DNA of 7,753 nucleotides from a virus (Duplodnaviria; Heunggongvirae; Uroviricota; Caudoviricetes): IMG/VR virus record IMGVR_UViG_648276647_000005, positions 1 to 7,753 of that record; one strand, 5' to 3'. Shown piece by piece: positions 1 to 6,231 of this stretch (position 1 is its first letter; each line of letters starts with the position of its first letter). The notes under the pieces were generated by a model. It saw only the letters and a program-made list of their open reading frames with translations, ran no database searches and was not told where the DNA came from. The position numbers and the translations under genes were made by a program.

Positions 1-325
1 CGGTCCAACTGAGCCCCATTTCACGGGATTTTTCGGTAATACCATTCTCCCGATTGCCCCAGCGTTCCATAATCCAGTGGATCCACTCCTCCTGCTTAGG
101 GAAGAGTAAAAACGGAATGGTCACCGGCAGGCCATAATCAATATTACGCGGGTCCGTTGTCATGCCCCAGTCGATGATGAACTGAGCCGGATTGGTTCGG
201 TAAAACTGTTTTAGTGCAGGCAATATTTCAGGATTCTGGCGAATGCGCTGTAGGCGTTCCATCCGCCATTCAAAAACCATCTGGTAATCAGGATGTTTAA
301 AATCGAAGGGGAATGGTAACGGCAT
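1..325 (-). CDS. terminase large subunit, N-terminal part (gene continues past the left window edge)
   Basis: Minus-strand ATG at 325..323, 2 nt after the terminase-small stop (330..328). Frame is open to position 1 (about 108 codons, [28 protein letters not shown]...). Sits in the canonical slot directly downstream of a small terminase subunit. Absent from the ORF track because it is truncated. Confidence 0.55.
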   Translation of the reverse strand, partial: MPLPFPFDFKHPDYQMVFEWRMERLQRIRQNPEILPALKQFYRTNPAQFIIDWGMTTDPRNIDYGLPVTIPFLLFPKQEEWIHWIMERWGNRENGITEKSREMGLSWT

Positions 326-327
326 AC

Positions 328-879
328 TTAGCCCATCATTTTTCTATACGCCTCTGCAGCCTGCTCCGGCGTTAAGTTGGTAATTTCTGTTCTGACTGGT
401 CCTCCATCAGCGCCAGTCACTTCATTTTTGACGTTGTCTTTAAACGCCTGAACAGAAACATGACGCCCAAGCAACTCAAGGTTTTTAACCTTATCAGGCC
501 ATTTGATTTTCTTCAGAAGTGCGGCGCTATCTGCGGATACCATCTCCACGACATCCATTCCTGATAGCGTTGTGCGCCATACCTTAGGCCAGTCTTTAAT
601 GGGTTTTAGCTCACCGTTTTGCAGGAGAATGTCAAGCACATCCATCTGGTCGATTTCAATAAGGCGATTAAGCACATATTCTGCATTAATACCAACAAGA
701 TCATTGCGTTGCGCTTTCAGTTCGGCGATTCTTAACTTGATGTCAGGTTTTGACAGGTTTTCGGATGCGGTACGGTTAGCTGTCTTTGCGCTGTACCCCG
801 CCCGAATAGCCGCTTGCGTGGCGTTTAAATCGATGAGGTACTCGCGACAGAACATTTCTTGCTTGTCGGTGAGTGCCAT
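328..879 (-). CDS. terminase small subunit (Terminase_2 / P27-like family)
   Basis: 183-aa ORF with ATG start. N-terminus [30 protein letters not shown] matches the conserved N-terminal signature of Terminase_2-type small subunits as I recall it. Followed immediately by the large-subunit candidate. Confidence 0.85.
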   Translation of the reverse strand: MALTDKQEMFCREYLIDLNATQAAIRAGYSAKTANRTASENLSKPDIKLRIAELKAQRNDLVGINAEYVLNRLIEIDQMDVLDILLQNGELKPIKDWPKVWRTTLSGMDVVEMVSADSAALLKKIKWPDKVKNLELLGRHVSVQAFKDNVKNEVTGADGGPVRTEITNLTPEQAAEAYRKMMG

Positions 880-898
880 TGATATACCTGAGGAAATT

Positions 899-1453
899 AT
901 GAAGTTAGAAGATTTCGCAGCTTATAACCGCCCTCAATCGAAGGTGTCCGATGAGAGGAAATTTCTTGATTACATTCACAGTCGGAACAGATGGGTTGAG
1001 TTTATCAAAAGCATCGATAACGCAAAGCCAGTATCAATTGCCATGAAAAATTCATTCCATAGTCAATGGGTTGAGTCTGGGGCCTTTATACGTGAAAAGA
1101 TCAACGACGACTCAATTCTCCTCAAACTATTAACGCTCTTATTGCCAACATATGATGGTGACAGCCTTGTACTTTATCGGGGGGAAAATAAAGACAGGTT
1201 CGATAAAGGGCTCATTGGATTTTGCTGGACAACGGACATTTCAGTCGCCGAGAAGTTTGGTCGTGGATTGAATGCATACAAATCACCAGGTTTGCTGTTA
1301 AGAGCTGAAGCTCCAGCCTGTTCTATATTAGCTGGCCCCAATGCCCACAGTCGTTATCTTGGTGAAAATGAGTTCACGGTTAACCCCTCGCGTCTTTCAA
1401 ACATAACCGTTATTGAAACCTATCCAGACAACTCTTTTTCAGATGATGAATAA
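899..1453 (+). CDS. hypothetical moron protein, 184 aa, opposite orientation to the phage late operon; possible ADP-ribosyltransferase-like C-terminal half
   Basis: ATG at 899 preceded by AGGAA (891..895); stop TAA at 1451..1453. The track ORF 503..1453 is an upstream extension antisense to the terminase gene. Protein is soluble with no signal peptide or TM segment. Contains LYRGE (R94), WTTDIS (111..115) and GENEF (E156, E158) in that order. Codon usage is visibly more AT-rich than the flanking phage genes. Confidence 0.7.
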   Translation: MKLEDFAAYNRPQSKVSDERKFLDYIHSRNRWVEFIKSIDNAKPVSIAMKNSFHSQWVESGAFIREKINDDSILLKLLTLLLPTYDGDSLVLYRGENKDRFDKGLIGFCWTTDISVAEKFGRGLNAYKSPGLLLRAEAPACSILAGPNAHSRYLGENEFTVNPSRLSNITVIETYPDNSFSDDE

Positions 1454-1578
1454 ATAGATGCCCTATACTTCACCCGCCACTGGTACGCCGTTTCGATGGC
1501 CTCCCAGTCCGGTTTTGCCATGAATTTTTCCTCTTAGTGACATTATCGAAGCCCCTTATCAAAGGAGCTTCTGTAATG

Positions 1579-1764
1579 TCAGTCCCGAACGAACGTAACC
1601 TTCGTGTTCGTCGCTCGCCGTACAAGGCGCGCCGCTTCGCGTTGCATTTCATCGATAACTTTTGGCGTCATCGGCTGATGCGCATATTTACGTTCAATCT
1701 CTGCAAAAATCCCGTTCATCGTTTCGCTGTCTGGTGGGATAACTTTAACGTTTAATCGTGCCAT
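1579..1764 (-). CDS. hypothetical small protein, 61 aa (MARLNVKVIPPDSETMNGIFAEIERKYAHQPMTPKVIDEMQREAARLVRRATNTKVTFVRD)
   Basis: ATG at 1764..1762 (the track's longer version starts at a TTG). Same orientation as the late operon, directly after Rz1. Protein-like composition, but no clear Shine-Dalgarno. An antisense ORF at 1576..1755 (+) with a strong AAGGAG SD competes with it; see findings. Confidence 0.4.
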   Translation of the reverse strand: MARLNVKVIPPDSETMNGIFAEIERKYAHQPMTPKVIDEMQREAARLVRRATNTKVTFVRD

Positions 1765-2020
1765 TGGTTTGTGCTGCCCTGTTTTTCTCAAAAGCCCTGA
1801 TATCAGCCTTATCCCTGTTGCACTGTGCTAACGCTGACAACAACGCAACATTCAGGTTAAGGCTAGCTCCCCACGTAAACGGGTCGGGTAAATCTGGCTG
1901 GGGTGTTTCATCCGTCAGACTGGCTGGTAACGGAACGACCGGCACCGACACGTATACCGTTCGCGTATTCGTGCAACCGCTTAACTGCGCCAGAAGGAAC
2001 GATACGAACAGCGCAATCAT
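1745..2020 (-). CDS. o-spanin Rz1-like outer-membrane lipoprotein (overlapped type)
   Basis: Starts at an internal ATG (2020..2018) of the 114-aa track ORF, in the +1 frame inside Rz. Hydrophobic N-terminus MIALFVSFLLAQLSGC carries a lipobox (LSG|C) followed by a Pro-rich segment (VPVVPLPASLTDETPQPDLPDP). Extends 163 nt beyond the Rz stop. Confidence 0.65.
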   Translation of the reverse strand: MIALFVSFLLAQLSGCTNTRTVYVSVPVVPLPASLTDETPQPDLPDPFTWGASLNLNVALLSALAQCNRDKADIRAFEKNRAAQTNGTIKR

Positions 2021-2300
2021 CACCCGAAACAGCCACTTTGATATCTTCCTGGGTTCTCTGTGACTCCAGTGCGATCTGCTGTTTTGCATGCTGGTTAGCC
2101 TCTATAACTGTATTGATGATTTGCAGAGATTGCAGGACGTTACTGGTAATGGCTGTTGCAGATTCAGCATTTCGTACAGCCTCATCAGCACGCTCCTTTT
2201 CGTGCTGATATTTGCTGTAGTAATGCCCGGCAGACCAGATAAAAGAACCGATGACGGTAACAAAGAAGGCAACAATAACCAGCTTATATCTCAGCTTCAT
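1908..2300 (-). CDS. i-spanin Rz-like protein
   Basis: 130-aa ORF with ATG start overlapping the endolysin 3' end. N-terminal TM segment (LVIVAFFVTVIGSFIW) followed by a charged helical region. Position directly after the endolysin. Confidence 0.75.
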   Translation of the reverse strand: MKLRYKLVIVAFFVTVIGSFIWSAGHYYSKYQHEKERADEAVRNAESATAITSNVLQSLQIINTVIEANQHAKQQIALESQRTQEDIKVAVSGDDCAVRIVPSGAVKRLHEYANGIRVGAGRSVTSQSDG

Positions 2301-2760
2301 TTACCACCCCACCCGCTTCTTTAAATCGGGCAATCAGGTCACCGATTCTATGTTCATACTGACCGTAACCAGCCCCCGGCAACGAAGCCCAGATATTGCT
2401 GCAACGGTCGATTGCCTGACGAATATCGCCGCGGTCAATCATCGGTAAAGCGCCACGCTCTTTAATCTGCTGCAGCGCTACAGCATCCTGGCTTTCTGGA
2501 GAAAAATCTTTCAGGCCAAGTTGCTTGCGGTAGGCATCCCACCAGCGTGAAAGAAGCTGGTAGCGACCGGCTGCTGTTGATTTGAGTTTGAGGTTTAGCG
2601 TGACAAGTTTGCGGGGGTGATCGGAGTAATCAGTGAACAGTTCGCCACCGACAATAACATCATAACCGTGATTTCTGGTTTTCTGCCGTCCGTTATCTGT
2701 TCCTTCTGACCATGCCACCATATCAAGGAAAGCTTTACGCTGGGAATTCAGTGTCTGCAT
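2284..2760 (-). CDS. R: endolysin, lambda R-type lytic transglycosylase
   Basis: 158-aa protein MQTLNSQRKAFLDMVAWSEGTDNGRQKTRNHGYDVIVGGELFTDYSDHPRKLVTL... is near-identical over most of its length to phage lambda R as I recall it. Located between holin and Rz. Confidence 0.93.
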   Translation of the reverse strand: MQTLNSQRKAFLDMVAWSEGTDNGRQKTRNHGYDVIVGGELFTDYSDHPRKLVTLNLKLKSTAAGRYQLLSRWWDAYRKQLGLKDFSPESQDAVALQQIKERGALPMIDRGDIRQAIDRCSNIWASLPGAGYGQYEHRIGDLIARFKEAGGVVNEAEI

Positions 2761-2763
2761 TAA

Positions 2764-3105
2764 TTACTCCTTATGGGCACCGAACTTGTTACCGATGACC
2801 CTCATTGCCGCACCACGAATAGCATCAACACCAATCAGCCCCACCCCACCACCAATGGCAACAGAAAGTGATTTAGGCCATCCGACATACTCAAGCGCGG
2901 ATGCAAAGGTCAGCGTCAGAGCACCACAAAGCAGAATCTCAAGCGTTTTTCGTTTCCAGCCGCCGCCACCGCCAAAATAGGCAATGCGCAAACCAGCCAT
3001 AATAATTGACATAACCACTGCACCCAGCGGCGTATCTCCACGCCACCAACTTTGTAAGAGTTCCAGTAAGTCAGGCCAGGAATGAGGGGCATTGTGCATT
3101 TTCAT
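2764..3105 (-). CDS. class I holin (lambda S-like) with dual-start motif
   Basis: ATG at 3105..3103 and a second ATG at 3099..3097 give Met-Lys-Met, as in the lambda S107/S105 dual start. The track start at 3114 is a GTG. SD GGAGGTG lies upstream (rc of 3113..3119). Three hydrophobic segments and a charged C-terminus. Stop is 3 nt before the endolysin start. Confidence 0.85.
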   Translation of the reverse strand: MKMHNAPHSWPDLLELLQSWWRGDTPLGAVVMSIIMAGLRIAYFGGGGGWKRKTLEILLCGALTLTFASALEYVGWPKSLSVAIGGGVGLIGVDAIRGAAMRVIGNKFGAHKE

Positions 3106-3196
3106 AAGCCTCACCTCCGAGAGTTCGGATGGTGCTAAGTGTAAGATTCAGGCTCTCAGGCTTGCTAACAAGAAGTCGAGGATGTTTCCGGAGCCT

Positions 3197-3228
3197 AACA
3201 ACGAAAAAGCCCCGGGACATGCCGGGGC
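3197..3228 (-). terminator. intrinsic terminator upstream of the holin (minus strand)
   Basis: 7-bp GC stem (3209..3215 pairs with 3222..3228), 6-nt loop, followed on the minus strand by TTTTTCGTTGTT (rc of 3197..3208). Confidence 0.6.
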
Positions 3229-3322
3229 CAGATGGAGTGCCAGATTAAGCTTCTGGCGGTATATACTCGTGTTTGATATCGTTAAATCGCCAAAAGTAAC
3301 AATTCAAACAAAGAGGATTTTT

Positions 3323-3484
3323 ATGTCTGAAAAAAACAAGCCACAAGGTGAAAATAAACCTCAGCAACCCGTGGCACCAAAACCAACTCCAACACAAAGT
3401 ACTGCGGACTTTGCTACACGTCGTGTTTTTGTTGGAGATTCTGCCGACTCAGTCATTGAACATATAAAAAAACAGCCGAGATAA
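3323..3484 (+). CDS. hypothetical small protein, 53 aa (MSEKNKPQGENKPQQPVAPKPTPTQSTADFATRRVFVGDSADSVIEHIKKQPR)
   Basis: ATG at 3323 with a strong SD (AAGAGGA at 3311..3317, 5-nt spacer). Convergent with, and overlapping by about 30 nt, the 3' end of the membrane-protein gene. The longer track ORF 3092..3484 would span the terminator hairpin and is not preferred. Confidence 0.5.
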   Translation: MSEKNKPQGENKPQQPVAPKPTPTQSTADFATRRVFVGDSADSVIEHIKKQPR

Positions 3485-4022
3485 ACATCGCCGCTACCGG
3501 AGCAAGGATGGTATACATCCTTGCTTTATCGAGACTCGTGCGGATTTTCTCATTTTCCAACAGTAACTCTCTTGCTGTATCACTCAAGTCAACAAGGCGA
3601 TACCTTCGTATAAGCGGCAATAACTTATCAGGTCCTAAATATCCTGCATCAGCGAATATTTTAAAGCTCGAGGGCTCCATATCCTTATATTTTTCATGAT
3701 ATAGATGATCAGGAGGGGCATTGATCAGGCCCCTAACCTTCACAGATAAACCAGTACATACCAAGTAAATGGCGCACCATGTCCATAGTAATGTAAATGT
3801 GGTAATTCCGGCGGTGAGAAAATCGAAATTAGTTTTCTGTGTCAGCAATAAAAAAGATGAGCCAATTCCAACAATCTGAATGTTCAGAAGTTTGTATCCA
3901 TTCTCAACATTGGTTTTGTTAGAAAGATGAATCTCTCGTATCGTCTCTTCCCCTTGTTTTTCAAGATAATCGACGAGCTCATCATCTACTCCTAAAAAAT
4001 AATCTTTAGGTAGTTCTCTCAT
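3453..4022 (-). CDS. hypothetical integral membrane protein, 189 aa, AT-rich moron between Q-like gene and holin
   Basis: ATG at 4022..4020 with SD GGAGGTG (rc of 4026..4032). Predicted topology by eye: soluble N-terminal segment of about 45 aa, two adjacent hydrophobic helices (about residues 50..100), a soluble domain of about 70 aa, and a C-terminal hydrophobic helix (MYTILAPVAAMFISAVFLYVQ). Codons are strongly AT-biased compared with neighbours. Confidence 0.75.
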   Translation of the reverse strand: MRELPKDYFLGVDDELVDYLEKQGEETIREIHLSNKTNVENGYKLLNIQIVGIGSSFLLLTQKTNFDFLTAGITTFTLLWTWCAIYLVCTGLSVKVRGLINAPPDHLYHEKYKDMEPSSFKIFADAGYLGPDKLLPLIRRYRLVDLSDTARELLLENEKIRTSLDKARMYTILAPVAAMFISAVFLYVQ

Positions 4023-4050
4023 CTCACCTCCACATCCTGTACTGAAAACA

Positions 4051-4059
4051 ATTTTACCA
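4051..4059 (-). promoter_or_regulatory. candidate extended -10 promoter element (TGgTAAAAT) for the membrane-protein moron
   Basis: Minus-strand TGGTAAAAT (rc of 4051..4059) lies about 30 nt upstream of the moron ATG and downstream of the tR'-like terminator. No convincing -35. Confidence 0.3.
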
Positions 4060-4130
4060 GAATGTCTCGATTCTAGGTATTCCGCCAGGAATCGCGCTCC
4101 AGAAATGAAACATCAGGTTCGCCAGTACCA

Positions 4131-4160
4131 GAAACAACAAAACCCGCTCAATGGCGGGTT
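4131..4160 (-). terminator. intrinsic terminator in the late leader (tR'-like), downstream of the Q-like gene
   Basis: Minus-strand hairpin AACCCGC-CATTGA-GCGGGTT (4141..4160) followed by TTGTTGTTTC (rc of 4131..4140). The plus strand has no T-tract, so it is unidirectional. Confidence 0.6.
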
Positions 4161-4218
4161 CTGGTAAAGTTCATGCGCTTGGTTCGCCTCGCGATACAGC
4201 TTTGCGAAGCATACCGGA

Positions 4219-4247
4219 ATTGAAGCAGTTTATGCGTAAAAAATCAA
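4219..4247 (-). promoter_or_regulatory. candidate late promoter (pR'-like) immediately downstream of the Q-like gene
   Basis: Minus-strand -35-like TTGATT (4247..4242, overlapping the Q-like stop codon), 17-nt spacer, -10-like TTCAAT (4224..4219). Would give a leader of about 80 nt ending at the 4131..4160 terminator. Motif-level call only. Confidence 0.3.
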
Positions 4248-4786
4248 GCTATTTTTTGAGCAAATGATTCTCGCATGGGAATATATAGGGCATACTCAGC
4301 AACAGCCAACCAATTAGCAATTCGCTTTTCGCATGTGCTAAAACACCACTCAGGATGTGCATCATTTAGCAATTCAGCCATTTTGCGCTTAGTCATCCCC
4401 CGTCCTTCATACCGTTGCCGGAGGACACTAATCAATCCAGGATGCTCTGCCAGCACCTCACTTATGACTCTATCAATACATAACGCCTCTGCATCAGTAC
4501 AATGCGCCAGCCAGGTCTTTTGCTTGCCATTGATCATCTCTCGCAAAAACGCTTCCAGCTCAGGTTTCTCTATTCCCGCTTTTTTCATCCTGCGCAGGGC
4601 TTCATTGACGGCTGTTTTCGTCAATTTTTTGGATGCCAGCAACTGGTTAAACATATTTCCCGTCTTACCGCCGCCAATATACGACCAGCGCCCCCACATG
4701 CGCAGTTTTCCCTGAATCCAGACACTTTCCAGCGTGGTGAGACGAAGGTGTTCCCCGCTTTTGCCTGTATTTGTTGGGTAAATCAT
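4244..4786 (-). CDS. putative late-gene antiterminator (Q-like), 180 aa, assigned mainly by position
   Basis: Internal ATG at 4786..4784 with SD AAGGAAGG upstream, overlapping the YbcO-like stop as ATGA (translational coupling). The track's 220-aa version would overlap the upstream gene by 120 nt. It is the last gene before the leader terminator and lysis cassette, which is the Q slot in lambdoid phages. Family membership not verified. Confidence 0.5.
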   Translation of the reverse strand: MIYPTNTGKSGEHLRLTTLESVWIQGKLRMWGRWSYIGGGKTGNMFNQLLASKKLTKTAVNEALRRMKKAGIEKPELEAFLREMINGKQKTWLAHCTDAEALCIDRVISEVLAEHPGLISVLRQRYEGRGMTKRKMAELLNDAHPEWCFSTCEKRIANWLAVAEYALYIPMRESFAQKIA

Positions 4787-5073
4787 AAATAACCTTCCTT
4801 TCTCCAGATTTCTTGTGTGCGAAAAACACCTTCTGCATGCATCAGGCGTAATTCTTCTTTGGTGTAATCGCTGGTTTTTACCCGCCCGTCGATTAAATCG
4901 TGGCATGAGCTACAGGCAATCGCTGCCTGCATATCGTGTGGTTTTGTCGCTGTTCCGCACGTCCCCGCCAGCCTGTAATGCGCCAGCACAGAAGTTTCGG
5001 GATTGTGATTGCAGTAGCCAGGGATTCTGACCTGGCACATCTGGCCCCGCGCTGCTTTACGTAAACTCACCAT
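4783..5073 (-). CDS. YbcO-like protein (DUF1364, putative Cys-rich nuclease of lambdoid nin regions)
   Basis: 96-aa ORF with ATG start. Cys/His pattern CQVRIPGYC ... GTCGTATKPHD ... ACSSCHDLIDG matches my recollection of YbcO/DUF1364 proteins. Start overlaps the upstream stop (TAATG). Confidence 0.65.
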   Translation of the reverse strand: MVSLRKAARGQMCQVRIPGYCNHNPETSVLAHYRLAGTCGTATKPHDMQAAIACSSCHDLIDGRVKTSDYTKEELRLMHAEGVFRTQEIWRKEGYL

Positions 5074-5672
5074 TACGCAAACTCCAGTAGCTGCGCGGCC
5101 ACATTTTCGACTTCCTCCGGAGAGGAAAATTTACGGAACAGGATCCAGTTCCACAGCACATTCAGTACAGATTTATAAACCTGCTGAAACTCGGTTTCGT
5201 CCATGTTCGCAAATGCGATAGATTTTGCCCTGCGCCCGCGGCTACCGTCTGGATAAATATGCTCGGTGTAAAATCCGGCCTGAATGGTTACCCACTCGCG
5301 GAAAGCCTCAAACGACTTTAGCAATGCCGTATCCCGGGTTCTGCGTGTCGCAACTGTATTCAGATATTGCTCTGCGGCTTCGCTCAGAGCTGGCGTATGT
5401 TCCCGACCTACTGATTCGCACAGGTACTCAACGAAGCCTGATACCAGTTCTCGTTCTCGAGGCGTGATCACCCCACCGCTCGGAGTCCAGTAATCGAATC
5501 CCAGTTGCAGGAGTTTGAAAAAACGCTTGTGAAATGCGTAGTTACGCACACGCTTAAAGTCTGCGTGTATCCACTCACCTATTTTGATTTGATGCAAAAA
5601 ATCGCAACTCTCCGGCGTCGCCGGGAGAAGTAATCCGGAAGAGGTTTGTTTGACCAGTTGTATATGCGCCAT
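5073..5672 (-). CDS. phage nin-region protein of unknown function (DUF1367-like), 199 aa
   Basis: ATG at 5672..5670 with SD GGAGAA (6-nt spacer). E. coli-like codon usage. Family label is from memory of similar roughly 200-aa proteins upstream of ybcO and Q in lambdoid prophages; not verified. Confidence 0.6.
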   Translation of the reverse strand: MAHIQLVKQTSSGLLLPATPESCDFLHQIKIGEWIHADFKRVRNYAFHKRFFKLLQLGFDYWTPSGGVITPRERELVSGFVEYLCESVGREHTPALSEAAEQYLNTVATRRTRDTALLKSFEAFREWVTIQAGFYTEHIYPDGSRGRRAKSIAFANMDETEFQQVYKSVLNVLWNWILFRKFSSPEEVENVAAQLLEFA

Positions 5673-5743
5673 CGTAGTTCTCCGCTGGCGCAGTAGAATG
5701 GGTGTTCAGCCCGTTATGTAGTATACCAGAATTAATGCCAATA

Positions 5744-5956
5744 CTAACAGGATGCTCTGACTCGCAATTCATCCAGCAGTTTATCATTTCCCATAATGTC
5801 ACTTACCCTCATCGGTAAAAAAATTGCCTTTCGACCATTACGATACATTATTGATTTTGGGGTTTCAGGGAAGTAATCCATTTCGACTATAACTGACAGG
5901 TCATCACGACGTATGACTGCGTATTTGCTACTAAATAGTTTCTTTATTTTTTCCAC
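5744..5956 (-). CDS. hypothetical AT-rich small ORF (about 70 aa, GTG start); coding status uncertain
   Basis: The track ORF 5744..5995 starts at a GTG with no SD. An internal GTG at 5956..5954 is preceded by GGAGG (rc of 5961..5965) with a 4-nt spacer. Very AT-rich with no recognisable family; could be a decayed or H-NS-silenced gene. Confidence 0.3.
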   Translation of the reverse strand: MEKIKKLFSSKYAVIRRDDLSVIVEMDYFPETPKSIMYRNGRKAIFLPMRVSDIMGNDKLLDELRVRASC

Positions 5957-6139
5957 GATGCCTCCAGGTTTATAAGTACAAAAGGTTATATCCACATAGA
6001 GACAAAAATATTAATCTGAAAAATATTTATTTCACGCCTTATATTTGATTATTTAATGTGCAGGTACAATGACTTTTATTTTTTGTTGTGTATATAATCA
6101 AATATATGGTTATTTTTCACCCTGCGCATTCAGCGCGCA

Positions 6140-6164
6140 ACAAAAAACCCGCCGAAGCGGGTTT
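6140..6164 (-). terminator. intrinsic terminator at the 3' end of the hok mRNA
   Basis: Stem CCCGC (6148..6152) pairs with GCGGG (6157..6161), loop CGAA. On the minus strand it is followed by TTTTTTG (rc of 6141..6147); on the plus strand only TTT follows. Confidence 0.65.
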
Positions 6165-6231
6165 AGTGCGGGTGCGTTGAGGATGCCTGACACATGAGAG
6201 GTGGCGAGGGATTTCTCCCCCGCCTAGTCTC

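Noticed and set aside
503-898. N-terminal extension of the track ORF 503..1453 (+), antisense to the terminase small subunit
   Set aside because: It is the antisense shadow of a well-supported terminase gene. The true start is the ATG at 899 with its own SD, and the extension is Ser/Arg-rich with no start signal.
1454-1578. Possible cos or pac packaging site between Rz1 and the terminase
   Set aside because: This is the positional analogue of lambda cos, but I see no recognisable cosN-like symmetric sequence and cannot assign one from sequence alone.
1470-1652. 60-aa minus-strand ORF (MKCNAKRRALYGERRTRRLRS...)
   Set aside because: Highly basic, low-complexity composition. It overlaps better-supported candidates in other frames and has no SD.
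1758-2448. Plus-strand ORFs 1758..2063, 1903..2208, 2088..2324 and 2251..2448
   Set aside because: All lie antisense to the well-supported Rz, Rz1 and endolysin genes, have odd composition and no ribosome-binding sites.
2786-2980. Plus-strand ORF antisense to the holin (Pro-rich, ...FQPPPPPK)
   Set aside because: Antisense shadow of the holin Gly-rich segment (GGGGG coding run); not an independent gene or repeat.
3092-3322. Long version (130 aa) of the 53-aa plus-strand ORF
   Set aside because: The extension uses a non-ATG start, runs across the holin start and the terminator hairpin, and lacks an SD. The ATG at 3323 has a strong SD.
3508-3699. 63-aa plus-strand ORF inside the membrane-protein gene
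   Set aside because: Antisense shadow within a gene that has strong start signals; no SD.
4787-4906. N-terminal 40 codons of the 220-aa track version of the Q-like ORF
   Set aside because: It would overlap the YbcO-like gene by 120 nt in another frame. The internal ATG at 4786 has a good SD and an ATGA overlap with the upstream stop.
4275-5493. Plus-strand ORFs 4275..4715, 4502..4792, 4815..5030, 5225..5467 and 5284..5493
   Set aside because: All are antisense to the coupled minus-strand operon (DUF1367-like, YbcO-like, Q-like) and are Arg/Ser/Cys-rich shadow frames.
5575-5802. 75-aa minus-strand ORF overlapping the DUF1367-like start
   Set aside because: Overlaps a better-supported gene in another frame, with no SD and implausible composition.
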